From assembly GCF_036588685.1 (NCBI RefSeq), contig NC_086377.1:28458001-28522000 (forward strand): DNA of 64,000 nucleotides. The letters are read 5' to 3'. A program made the position numbers and the translations under genes. The notes beneath the pieces are model-generated. The model searched no databases. It saw nothing but the letters and a program-made list of their open reading frames with translations, and was not told the origin of the DNA. The stretch is from Mytilus trossulus. Taxonomy: Eukaryota. Shown here piece after piece: positions 14,301 through 25,231 of the stretch (position 1 is its first letter; each line of letters begins with the position of its first letter).

Positions 14301-17300
14301 GGGGTATTATATCACTTGATTGTGAATTGAAATTTAATCTAGCAGAATATTTAACTATCAACTGACATTCCACAGTTTTACTTTTCAGTAAAATAATTTT
14401 GTAGGTACAGTAATATTAACGATACATTCTTTTTTGCTACAAATGCGCAATTCGACAATCATGTGTCTTTAGTGATGCTAGAGGACAAAATACACACAGC
14501 GATTATTCTACATTTAATCATACCCTAATAGAACAAGTACTTCAAAATAAGCATCGACTAAAAATTGGTAAATGTATTCATCTGTTAATATTTGTAATTT
14601 GATGGTGCCTTATGCCATATAATGCCCGTTTGTCAATCATTTTCATATGATATACCTGTAACCTCGTTTATTTCTGTCTGGTTTTTCTAGGGTAAACATT
14701 CAAGTAGGATTATCGATAAGCCCGATATATGATGAATCTATGATGGTCCAGTTGTCTTTTACATATCACAGATACAAGATTTAACATGGTGCATTAAAAT
14801 TCAAATGTATATACACATTGGCGTTGTCAGTTTATTTTCGATTTATGAGTTTAACTGTCCCTCTGGTATCTTTCGTCTTTTAAATATTTGATTATGACAT
14901 GTCAATGAAAACTAATTGTTATATGTCTACATATTCCATATGTATACTTAGATTGCATGGGGAGGAAATTTTTCTAAGCCTCTTTAGTTAAAACAACAAA
15001 TTGTGCTCTGGTTTCCTGATTCAAAAACAGTTTAGTAATGCGGTGTGTACAGCTAAATTTGTGTCTGTTTTATTTACAAGTGCCTACTATCGTCCTTCAA
15101 ATCGATTGTTTGTTCCTTCGTTTATCGTCAGCGCTAGACATACGCAACCAATAGAAAAAAATCAATCATCAGTTATAAATACTTTAACATTGAGCTTTTG
15201 TTTATTTAATTGTATTGTAGATAAATTTAGAAATTATTAGAGTTTTTGGATTCCATCCCTTTATGTGTAGATGGCCTAATATAGATTGTGGCTATTCATT
15301 TTATATCACTTTTTGTAATATAGCATGCATTAATGCATTTATACATCCTTGGCTTTAAATATTCCGACAGAACCTGAAAAGTGCCTTGGATGCAGCAAAT
15401 TAATAATATGAAATAAGCAGATGTGGTATGATTCAAATTGAAAAAAATTACCATATCCAAACGACGTGCATTTAAGAAATTATATGTCACCGTGCAGCAC
15501 TCAACAATGGACAAATGCCATTTGGTAATACATAAAAAGTATGGTATTTGTTTACACAAATCTAATCGTCATATGATATTATTCATATTTGTACATGTGA
15601 TACAATAATTGTGCAAACCACGTGCTTCATTTCAGACCAATGTTGCTATATCAATGTACGTGATGGCAAGAAATTTGGTTCTTTTCCAAAACCCAGACAA
15701 ATTTGTACCAGAGAGATGGATGACTGATAATGCCAAAATAAAAAAGCTTAATCGTGATGTTTTCTTTGGTTTTGGACCAAGAATGTGCTTAGGTATATAT
15801 TATATATGTTTAATATCAAATCACAAACTGTAAAATTCAAATCACCATTACCGAATATATAGTTACGAAAATATCCTTTTTATACGTCATGCAATCATGT
15901 ACTGTGGATTCATTATTATTCGTTGGATACCAATTTTCGTGGATTTCGTAGATATCAAAGAACCACGAATTTAAATGTTCAACGAATTACAAATTTTCTT
16001 AAGGAATGTATGCAGACTTTACAAAAACCACGAATTTAAATATCCACGAATATGCAAGTTTTCCTCACAGCACGAAAATTGGTACCCACGAACAAAAATG
16101 AATCCACAGTATTCGTTTCATGTCTTGATTGAGAATGTTCTTCAACTTTTATAATAGCAATACAGGATTGATATGTGGTTTTGAAAGTGACGTATAGAGG
16201 ACGGAACTAAATACATTATTTACCTACAGTTTTCAAGTATAATACGTTATTTCCCCATCATAACTCCTGAAATTCAGTCAATTATGCTGTAAAGAGTAAA
16301 ATCACAAAAATACTGAACTTAGAGGAAAATCTAATCGGAAAGTCCATAATCTCATGACGAAATTAAACTTATGTACATTTATGGATTATTGAACTGCAAA
16401 GAAGTATGACAAGAGAGTTCTGAGAGAGAACTAACTCTTAAGCTTTGTCATAGATCACTTATGAACCAAGATTTACAATATAAGCAAATTATGCAAAGCT
16501 AGATACACAAATTTTGCTCTCTAAGACTCTTTTACCTTGCAATAGTATTAAAACATTTGACTTCTCTACACTTTACATAAGTATTCCCCATTCCAAAATA
16601 AAAGACAAATTGGAAGAGTTGGTATAGATTTGTTTCATAAAAAAATGGCAAACGAAGATACAAGTACTTTGTCTTAGATAGACATTCAAACGAACAATTC
16701 TTAAACTGACATTATCAGATGCTTGATTTCTTGATTGACAACATATTTGTTACCTTTGGATGACGTGTTTTTCAACAGACTATCGTCATTCTCATGGGAA
16801 TCAATTGTGTCTTTCTTTTTTCCGTCGTGTTCCTTGATTATTATGATGAGGCTGACATTATACATGAACTTCTTATGAAGAAGAATAAGAAGTTAGCAAT
16901 ATCCTTTAACTTTACTTTCTCTATATAGATGATGTTCCCTCATTAAATAATTCAAAATTAGGTGACTGTGTTGAACGAATCTAACCCAACTAGAGAGAAA
17001 AGAAACAACAGATATAGTTTAGTCTGCCTCATATCTTGACTTACATCTAGAAATTTTTATTGAGAGTCGGTTGAAAACAAAACTTTTCGACAAAAGAGAT
17101 GATTTTAGTTTCCCAATTGTGAACTTTCCATCTCTGTGTATTAACACCCAGTAGCGCCTGCATACGGAATATATATATCCCAATTAATACAATATTCCTG
17201 AGCTTGTATTTCTCATCATGATTTCCTTGATAGAAGGTTGTGCTCAAAAGAAAATTATTAAACCAAGAGTTCCAAATTGTTAAGTTGAAATTACCGGGTT

Positions 17301-20300
17301 TGTAATAACATAAGCAACACGACGGGTGCCAAATGTGGAGCAGGATCTGCTTAATCTTCCTGAGCACATGAGATCACCCACAGTTTCTGGTGGGGCTCGT
17401 GTTCCTTAGTCTTTAGTTTTCTATGTTGTGTCTTGTGCACCATTATTTGCCTGTTTGTCTTTTTCTTTGTTAGCCATGGTGTTGTCGGTTAATTTTCAAT
17501 CTATGAGTTTGACCCCTGGTACATTTCTCCCCTCTTTGAAAGGTTTATTATCATATAATTTAATTTTGGATTTAACGCGTCTTCTGATTGGCTGACGTTA
17601 TTTTGTTATCAGACCATAGACATAATTTAGTCATGTGACCGTGACATCATCAACGTTTTTTTCGTGGTTTTCTACGGTTTGAAATGGAATTTAGAATTAA
17701 ATTATAAGAAATGACTGTAATATTTTTTCTGTCTATTCGAAATAACATAAAAAAATGTGGTGCACACTGTTAAATAACCCGCTACGCGCATTGTTCAGTG
17801 TGCACCATTTTTTTATGTTATCTCTGCATAGACATAAAAAATATTACAGTCATTCCTTAAATTGAAATCACAGCCCATCGACATCATTTAAGTCTTAAAA
17901 GAAAGGTATATTTTTCTTGATACACATTCAAAAACATCTTGTCTAATAGTGTATGCAAACAATTTTGTTTGATGCAACCCCATCCCAATGTTACCAACCA
18001 ATATACACGGAATTTTGTATTCCATTATTTATGATTATTCTTTTCAGGTAAAAAAATGGCTGAAATGGAAATGAAGCTCTTTATCCTCAAAGTAAGACAT
18101 TTAAAGTTTAATGATATTTATGTTGTATATATGACTAAAAATTAATGCACAACAACAACATACTAGTTATTATATTTATGGGAAAATATTATTTCAGTTG
18201 CTTATGGACTTTTCGTTTAGAACTTTCCTCGGTGTTCAGTATTTTTATTATTATTTTTTGTCATCTTCAGAAAGGACTTGTTAAGACTGACACGTTGGTA
18301 TTGGTAACGTTGTTGAAGATTTTATTCATCGTTATGTCATTTTTTACATTTACTTTGGTTCAGCGTTTAGCGTCGGGGTTTTTCCTTTATCAATCAAGTA
18401 TCTAGATTTACAAATAAGCTTATAATTTATCATAAACTGTTTACACATAGAAATATGTCTCGCTTGTCGTCAGAAAATTCAGAAAAAAAGACAAGTTGAT
18501 ATACATGTCCTTGATTTATAACAAGTAGTTCTATCGAGCTGACTTAGACAGAGCACATTACATTAGAAATTGCTCATTAATTGAACGTTACTGGACCATG
18601 AACAAGGGAATATGGCCTTGGAATAGTCATCAAACTGATAGTAATGCAAATGTATAGAAAATATCATTGATCAATCACAAGCAGTTCCTAATAAACTGAT
18701 AGGCAGAAAACGTAACATTTATAGATGTAAATTAATCTTAAGTCACTGGTTCATGTCCTAGGGGACATGACCTATCAACAGTCGTCAAACTGATGGTAAT
18801 AAAATCTATAGAAAATATCATCGATCTATCACAAGAAGTTCCCATTAAACTGACTCAAACAGAAAACTAAATAGTTGTTCACCTCGCCAGAAGAGCAAAA
18901 CATGTGTTTCGCTTTCCGTGACTCTCGTTCAATGCGATCAGGAGCAAATAATATAGCCACCAATGACCTATATGGCAAACATTTGATATACAATTTACAA
19001 TCAGTTTGACTCGTAAGGCTTTTCGGCTAACAGTATCGATTTGATATAATTTGTGTTCGGTTATTTTTTAAGACACGGTCAACCCGATTCATCAAATAGG
19101 AGGTAGGATGTTAGTATAGAGTTTATGAATTGACTGATGCTGCAAGTATGTTATTTTCAAGGAAATATACTCTCTGGATATGTGTAACTCAACCATCTGG
19201 CCCTAAACGGTGTAAGCTCTCCTAACAAGGTGATACATAGAGGCAACAGCAGGTTTCCACTTTCCGGACACAATCTATTAGACTTAAGGACTTCAGGGTT
19301 ATGTGTTTCAGAGGATTTTTTTTCTGAAAGGCTTGTTTTGAACCAGTTATATTCAATTATGAATTTGGTAAAAAAAAGCACAAGAGAAGAAGGTAAAACT
19401 GATCTCAGTTTTCTACACGTGCGTAACTGTAAAGAGTTATATTTAATGTATGAAACTCTTCTATCTTAATCGACCCTCTTCATTTTATATTCATTACAGT
19501 ATCTGTGATGAGTTTATGCATTAGTCAATATAAAAGAACAATGAACAATTGGCACACTAGTTTGGCCAACCCTTTCATTTAAGAAAATGTTTGTACTAAG
19601 GCAGACAAATTTTATAGACTATTTTTCTCAAAATTTCTTGGGAGTTCGGTATTACTGTTTTACTTTTTAAGATGGAATAGTTATAAAGCCAATTTGGACT
19701 GGACTTTATTTGTTTGAAATCCGATTTTGTTGGGAGCTGACTCAAATTGTCACAAAAAAAGACTTTCTAGTTTATAACATACATTTTCACGTACATTTCG
19801 TGTGTCACCGTGGGTATTTTATTATGTCCCAGTTTGCACAGATTTCACCATGATATCATTAACGCCTATTGACCATAGGTTAACGGGTGTAACTATTAAA
19901 AAAAACGAAAATTTGTCTCATTCCTACGTTACATACAAACTGAACACTCTAACACAATGTATGACATATCGGAGGACATTTTAGGTAAAAAGGAGTATTG
20001 AGAAGTCTATTAAATTGAAAAAAAGAAATGTGGAATATGTCAAAAAGATAACAACCCGAACAAAGAGCAGATAACAGCCGTATGTCACCAATGGGTCTTC
20101 AGCGCAGCGAGAAAATCCCGCACCCCGAGGTGGTCATCAGCTGGCAGCCAAATAAAATTGTGTACTTAGTTTAGTGAAAATGGGCGTTACTCAAAACATA
20201 AAAATAAACTAAAATTAAAAAAACATACAAGACTAACAAAGGCCAGAGTCTGCTGACTTAGGACAGGCAAAAAACCCGGGAGGGTTAAACATGTCTTGTG

Positions 20301-22822
20301 AGATCTCAATCTCCCCCTATCATACAAGAAGTGCGAGGCCGATATAAGAAGAGGTAGCAAAAGAAACTAACATGCCAGCTTCAGACCTCAATTAAACTGA
20401 CTAAAAGATTATGTATTCATCATATGAAAATCAAGTACTGTGGATTCGTTTATTTTTGTGGGTTCAGTAAACAATGCATTTTCATGGATTTTTAATTGTG
20501 TGGTTTGGCCAAAGTCTGCAAACAAGCCTATAGAGCCTTTGTGTTTCTTTGAACCTTTGAATTCGTGTTCCGCCTATACCAAACTTTAGGGGCTTCGTAG
20601 CATACCCTCTTAATAGTTAACAAAGGTACCAGGATTATAATTTAATATGCCAGACGCGCGTTTCGTCTGCACAAGACTCATCAGTGACGCCCGGATTAAA
20701 ATAGTTATAAACACAAACAAGTACAAAGTTGAAAAGCATTGAGAACCCAAAATTCCCAAAAGTTGTGCCAAATACGGCTAAGGTAATCTATACCTGGGAT
20801 AAAAAATTCCTTATTTTTTTGAAAAATTCAAAGTTTTGAAACAGGAAATTTATAAAAATGACCATATAATTGATAATCATGTCAACATATAAGTGCTGAC
20901 TACTTGGCTGGTGATACCCTCGGGACAACAGCAGTGGCATGGACCCAGTGGTGTAAATAATTATCAAAGGAACAAGGATTATGATGTAATACGCCAGACG
21001 CGCGTTTCGTCTACATAAGACTCATCGGTGACGCTCAGATCAAAATAATTATAAAGACAAACAAGTACAAAGTTAAAAAGCGTTGAGAACCCAAAATTTC
21101 TAAATGTTGTGCCAAATACGGCTAAGGTTATCTATACCTGGGATAAGAAATTCCTAAGTTTTTCGAAAAATTCAAAGTTTTGAAACAGGAAATTTATAAA
21201 AATGACCAGATAATTGATATTCATGTCAACACATAAGTGCTGACTACTTGGCTGGTGATACCCGCGGGGCACCAGCAGTGGCATCGACCTAGTGGTGTAA
21301 ATAGTTATCAAATGTACCAGGATTATAATTTAATACGCCAGACGCGCGTTTCGTCTACATAAGACGCATCAGTGACGCTCAGATCAAAATAGTTATAAAG
21401 CCAAACAAGTACAAAGTTGCAGAGCATTCAGGACCCAAAATTCCATAAAATATATGAGAAGAAGGATTTGTAGCCTTTCACGTTAGGGATTCTAATTCAC
21501 AACTTTAGTGTTGACATATCTCATCTAATGATCTATTTTAGAAAAGGGAAAATAAATAGAAAATGAGAAGTTCCGTCGACAAAATACATCATTTCCTTTT
21601 AAAACAAAAACAAAAGTTTTCCTTATGTTATGTTCAAGAAATAATTCATGGGGGCTTGAATATATCGTGATTTTACCACGGGTTGGCCCTTTATGACAAA
21701 TACTATCCTGAGAGAGAACGAGGGGTAAAATATCGGCATAAGGGACAACTCGTGGTAAAATCACGATATATACAAGCCCCCATTAATTATTTCGATTCTA
21801 ATAGGACAAATACGGCTATTATTTGGATCGAAATGCTCTAGGTGGAGGCAAATAGTTGCCGTTACCATAAATAAACGCACTATCAAATTGGCGTAAAAGA
21901 ACGGAGCAAACTGAATTGGTGACATGCTTAAAGTTTTTACAATAACGTATTTAGATAGTTTGGGGAGGATTTAAATTATAATTTACTTATAATGTCTTAT
22001 ATGATTTTTTTAAAATCTGCTAATACCACATTTAGCATCGTTTGTTTACGTTTCCTTGTTGTGATGATTTTTGTTTTGGCAAGCGTATATATTCCCGTAA
22101 AATGCTCATATTCTTACGTCATCGTTCTATGACGTCGGGTATCTCATTCATAAAAAAATATATGACGTGGGAGTACGATTGGAACAGCCCTGACAATATA
22201 TTCATATTTTACCACGGGTGTGTACTCAAAGCTTATATATAAGTTAAGCAAATATTGCAAGGGTCACAAAGAACAAAAAAACAACAACAACGTTGAACAT
22301 TCCAATTTCATATTACCAAATTTGATCCAAATAATTTCATCCATTGTACATAAACGTAATTATACTGATAGAAATTGTAACACGGTATTGACTGATGTAC
22401 TCATATTTTGACAATTTTACCTATTATGTCTGTTTTGTTCACGCATCGTTGTAAATGTAATAGAATCTGATGCGACTGTCATACAAGTGAAAGGTTTAGC
22501 GCTATAAAACCAGGTTCAATCCACCATTTTCTACATTTGAAAATGCCTGTAACAAGTCAGGAATATGACAGTTGTTGTCCGTTCGTTTGGTGTGTTTTAT
22601 CATTTGATTTTATTCATTTAATAATTGACATTCCGTTTTGAATTTTCCTTGAAGTTCAGTACTTTTGTGATTTTACTTTTGAATAATACTTTGATATTTT
22701 AGTTTTGCCAACAGTTTGAGTTTTCTACGGATGATACTGAAATGGATCAAGTAGTGAAATTACTACTGTCACCAAGCAGACCAGTCAAAATCAACACGGT
22801 ATTGCGACAACTTACGGACTGA
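1881..22822 (+). CDS. Cytochrome P450, mitochondrial clan; 11 coding exons: 1881-2380, 4578-4665, 5292-5391, 7235-7322, 7995-8104, 9130-9266, 9845-10011, 12412-12490, 15636-15792, 18048-18091, 22703-22822 (~529 aa; 563 aa if the ATG at 1779 is used)
   Basis: Manual splicing gives one continuous frame with GT/AG sites and matching phases (2,0,1,2,1,0,2,0,1,0). Motifs appear in the expected order: FGPVY...EGRYP (mito-clan N-terminus), WLCQR (C-helix WxxxR), DLLVASIDTT (I-helix), ETLR (K-helix ExxR), FVPERW (PERF) and FGFGPRMCLG (heme ligand). The start codon is uncertain and the family cannot be named. Confidence 0.92.
3300..3720 (+). mobile_element. Degenerate 3' fragment of a Penelope-like element
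   Basis: Shares blocks (aaccaagagttccaattg, gacgggtgacacatgtggagcag, ggggtttacgttactc) with 13050-13440 and with the RT-bearing copy at 16540-17540. Confidence 0.6.
4578..4665 (+). CDS. CYP exon 2 (SNDNEWLCQRKILSNPMMLKIGHQIKHLEE)
   Basis: Acceptor attttag, donor gtatgt; contains WxxxR motif. Confidence 0.88.
5292..5391 (+). CDS. CYP exon 3 (LTLKTLANAVEDYTINEFGTFEVEPITRDFAIN)
   Basis: Acceptor tttcag, donor gtaaat; phases 0/1 fit both neighbouring exons. Confidence 0.8.
5808..6498. mobile_element. Possible TTAA-flanked (Kolobok-like) non-autonomous DNA element
   Basis: Starts ttaa|agggacac and ends gaccat|ttaa; terminal inverted similarity is weak. Confidence 0.3.
7235..7322 (+). CDS. CYP exon 4 (AFGSVLYGNSFESTFTQNGKTMQEFAEKAK)
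   Basis: Acceptor ttttag, donor gtatgg; E-helix-like 'xxxVLYG'. Confidence 0.82.
7995..8104 (+). CDS. CYP exon 5 (NNFDDAKKLLITPECIMKMHPAWKRHNNRWNFLLKT)
   Basis: Acceptor tattag, donor gttggt; F-G region 'P.WK.H...W' typical of mito-clan CYPs. Confidence 0.85.
9130..9266 (+). CDS. CYP exon 6 (TMDMIERHS...LTDLLVASIDT)
   Basis: Acceptor ttacag, donor gtcagt; I-helix. Confidence 0.9.
9845..10011 (+). CDS. CYP exon 7 (TNTTLQWCLYELACHPDVQ...WETLR)
   Basis: Within ORF 9836-10039; acceptor tttcag; ExxR motif; donor AG|gttgaa. Confidence 0.93.
11687..12321. mobile_element. MITE with 26-bp terminal inverted repeats (TA ends)
   Basis: taacgtgacggtacccaaattgcacc ... ggtgcaatttgggtacccttacgtta (2 mismatches); extra internal copies of gtacccaaattgca. 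Confidence 0.8.
12412..12490 (+). CDS. CYP exon 8 (LHPVGFFTSRIIKDCMEVKGIMIPPQ)
   Basis: Acceptor tcttag, donor CAG|gtaagt; 'RLHP...R......GxxIP' pattern. Confidence 0.92.
13050..13440 (+). mobile_element. Penelope-like element 3' fragment (non-autonomous)
   Basis: Near-identical to 17310-17535 (gggtgccacatatggagcaggatctgcttacccttcc ... tatgagtttgactgtccctc); the short terminal piece recurs at ~7055, ~14820 and ~34160. Confidence 0.7.
13740..14088 (-). repeat. Reverse copy of the dispersed ~345-bp repeat family
   Basis: Reverse complement of the unit arrayed at 20613-21450 (gcgtcactgatg...gtagacgaaacgcgc...tataatcctg...gataactatt). Confidence 0.75.
15636..15792 (+). CDS. CYP exon 9 (PERF motif and heme-binding loop FGFGPRMCLG)
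   Basis: Within ORF 15609-15833; acceptor tttcag, donor gtatat. Confidence 0.95.
15900..16111. mobile_element. MITE (~210 bp) with TA-bounded TIRs
   Basis: tactgtggattcatt ... aatgaatccacagta; internal repeats of ccacgaa; partial copy near 20436. Confidence 0.85.
16540..17540 (+). mobile_element. Decayed Penelope-like retroelement (RT pseudogene plus 3' end) in CYP intron 9
   Basis: Fragments translate as SIKTFDFSTL.ISIPHSKIKDKLEELV, MGINC, YIDDV, YLDLHLE and KRDDFSFPIVNFP, with multiple frameshifts; same family as 41890-49960. Confidence 0.8.
17555..17860. mobile_element. Non-autonomous element with a long terminal hairpin
   Basis: ~65-bp arms (taagaaatgactgtaatatttt...gtgcacactg / cagtgtgcac...aaaatattacagtcattcctta) around a cgctacgcg apex; gattggctga motif at the other end. 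Confidence 0.6.
18048..18091 (+). CDS. CYP exon 10 (GKKMAEMEMKLFILK)
   Basis: Acceptor ttttcag, donor gtaaga; L-helix consensus GxRxAExE. Confidence 0.9.
18545..18870. repeat. Diverged ~156-bp tandem duplication
   Basis: gtcatcaaactgatagtaat...tagaaaatatcattgatc at ~18627 recurs at ~18781. Confidence 0.6.
20613..21450 (+). repeat. Tandem array (~2.4 copies, ~344-bp period) of a dispersed repeat family
   Basis: aggattataatttaatacgccagacgcgcgtttcgtctacataagactcatcagtgacgc at ~20631, ~20976 and ~21319; partial solo copies at ~5460, ~5650, ~6590 (reverse), ~7400 and ~33700. Confidence 0.85.
21634..22235 (+). mobile_element. Hairpin-headed non-autonomous element (same family as 57874-58500)
   Basis: aagaaataattcatgggggcttg...cccccattaattatttc stem-loop followed by gattctaatagg; colinear with 57874-58480. 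Confidence 0.75.
22375..22680 (+). repeat. Short interspersed repeat (SINE-like)
   Basis: atacaagtgaaaggtttagc...aaccaggttcaatccacc...aagtcaggaat...gttcagtacttttgtgattttac; shared with 13440-13680 and reverse at ~16290. Confidence 0.6.
22703..22822 (+). CDS. CYP exon 11, last coding exon (FCQQFEFSTDDTEMDQVVKLLLSPSRPVKINTVLRQLTD*)
   Basis: Acceptor ttttag, phase 0; C-terminal 'LLxPxxPVKI' pattern; TGA at 22820-22822. Confidence 0.85.
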   Translation, partial: FCQQFEFSTDDTEMDQVVKLLLSPSRPVKINTVLRQLTD

Positions 22823-22869
22823 TTTAACATTAATATTGTTGTTACATTATAACAAATATCAACCTACTA

Positions 22870-24008
22870 TAAACTGCAAAAATGATCAGTATTTTAAGAC
22901 TTGCAATTTGAGGTCAATATTAGGTCATAATGAAATTTAACCTTGACCTTCAAAGTGTACTATGACCCTGACATTGTGATATTTGAAAGGTCAAGTGGTC
23001 CTGAGTTAAATGGTGATAGTCTTATGTTTCTACGACTTCCGGTTCTCAAGTTTGGTATTGCACCATATATTTGATGATTCATTGTGACCTTGATGAATTT
23101 TGGAATTGTCCCATATTGTTTTCTACAATGTTGTCCTCCAACTGCAGATCGTTTATCATTTAAAAGATTTGAGATATCTATTGTCGTTTTAGAGATAATG
23201 GAGAAATTTTGCGAGCGGAGGCATGTATTTCTGAATCAACAACAGCTTACAACTAAAAATGTTAAGAAATTGAAGAGGTTAACATTGTTATATGTTGACC
23301 AAATACCAAAAACATTCCATGGAAAAATCCTCCAAAAAATCAATTTGAAATTTTCATGTTTTGCATTGACTTTGTAAGTTTCACAACTTCTATTTATATA
23401 GTTGATATTGCATCATTTTTGGCACTTTGTCAAATGGGGTCATCTGATAAATCAAATTGTCTTAATAAACTCTACTTAAAAATGAAAATGTAAACTCCTT
23501 TTTCATCCCAGGGGGAAGGTTGGGGTCATTTAGTGCAAAAATTCAAATTTCTCAGATGGTAAGGTTGTCGCATATCAAATGAAAAAACATAAAGCGTACA
23601 TTTCAAATTTCAAATTGACGTCCCCCAAAAATTAATTGAAGGGGTCATTGAGTGCAAAAAAATAAATTTTCTTTTTAGATAGGGTTGTTGTTTATCAAAT
23701 AAAAGGTCCTGATTTTTACATTTGAAATATCAAATTCCCGACCTCCAAAAAATAGTTGGATAGGGTTATTGAGTCCAAAAAACAAATTTTCTAAAACATG
23801 GCGTTGTCGCATATCAAATGAAAGGTAATCTACTCTATGTTACATATATCATACTTCCGATTTTTCTCAAAAATTAGGTCATGAAGTGTTAAAAGCGAAA
23901 AGTTTCAGAAGGTATGCTTGTCGTATATCAAACGAAAGGTCGTACAAAGTACATAACAAAAACACCAATTTTACAGGAAAAACCTCTCAATTGCAATTGA
24001 GACACTAG
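22870..24008 (+). mobile_element. Helitron/Helentron-like non-autonomous element with internal ~120-bp repeats (5' boundary uncertain)
   Basis: Perfect 18-bp palindrome tctcaattgcaattgaga (23985-24002) directly before CTAG|T; four diverged gtcgcatatcaaatgaaagg units at ~23566, 23690, 23806 and 23920. Confidence 0.55.
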
Positions 24009-24041
24009 TTTATTTATGTTAATTTTCCCAAAAAAACTGAA

Positions 24042-25231
24042 CTAATATAAAGAAACCCAATTGTCTTGAGAGTACATGTCAGTGTTTGTACCTCGTAAAA
24101 AAGATTTACTGCTTTGACAAAGTATCGTTATTTCATTAAATATCATGTTGTTAGTCTCAAGCAGTCTCTTTAGAACGGACTTGATCTGAAACATAAGTGC
24201 TTGGATGCTGCTGATGGCGTAAACATAACGTGAAGTACGCCAGTCTTCTCCTGCCTCTTTGTAAAACTTTTTCAGGGCGAAATTCTGGTTTTGAAAAAGC
24301 TCACGTAAATCTTTGATCCTTAATGAAACAATCCTAACTATTTCAAAAAGTTTTTCTTTCCTGTCATTATTGGTCATTGTAATCCATTCATTTATTAAAC
24401 TTTCCACCTTTTGAATTTCGGTGTCCAGACGCTTCTGTAGACTCTGTAATGAATTTCTGTCTTCATGGCCAAATAGATCTTGATCGCCATGCTTGCTGTT
24501 TAATCCGGGTGCTAATTTTTTCCCATCAACAGATAACACATAACTTTTCCCACGCGGCAAGAACTTAAATGCTTCAGTAATGATACCGGGGAAGATTTCC
24601 TTTGGAATATTTATGTTTACACTTTGAAAATTATTTATCGAGTTAATATTTGGAACAGCAAAGTTTATTTTACTTTTTTGTGGATCATACAGTCCTTTTG
24701 ATGATGACCCATCTATCACTTGACCAATAGATTTTTCACCAGACAAAAATCGAAGAGCCTTTCCATGAAATAACCGATAAACAACCTTCCAAAACTTCAT
24801 CGATTCGGAACTATACTGCATCTGTGTAGTATTATCTAGGGAATACCATTTAGCAATGTCAAGCAGCAATCTAAAGGCAATATTGTGAATCGGAAATTTT
24901 CCAGAAGCTATCCCTTTCAATAAAAGACAGAAATCTTCTTTATATCCACCTTTATTTAAGTTGTTCAGAACTGAAGGGAGGATTAATTGAACATCGCTTG
25001 ACAGTTTTTCCTCAGGTGAATCCGTGAAAAGTCTTCTTCGATTTTTTCCAACGGACCCATTATATGTAGCTTTTTTAGGAGCTTTGGTGAGATGACACTT
25101 ATTTGGTGTAGTGAAACTTGTTTTTTTTGCGGGCGTTGTTATGTTTTGAATCTCTTGAGGTAACGGGGAAACCTTTGATCTTTTAGGTGGATGAAGCCAT
25201 AGTCCTTTCTTTTTTCTTTTATTGTTTTTTC
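24042..25231 (-). CDS. Large exon of an uncharacterised, probably transposon-encoded protein (likely 3'-truncated)
   Basis: Frame is open for ~396 codons from a ttgcag acceptor at 25232; the ORF-track start at 24920 is a TTG. Basic NLS-like start (KNNKRKKKG..PPKRSK), then a globular region INFAVP...PGII...VLSVDGKKLAPGL...GDQDLFG and a coiled coil. Confidence 0.6.

Noticed and set aside
19160-19469. Leucine-rich, LRR-like reading frame in CYP intron 10
   Set aside because: Short, has an upstream in-frame stop and no convincing splice partners; resemblance too weak to call
295-23377. Numerous 60-100-aa ORFs in CYP introns and flanks
   Set aside because: No domains, many have non-ATG starts, and they overlap repeats; consistent with chance ORFs
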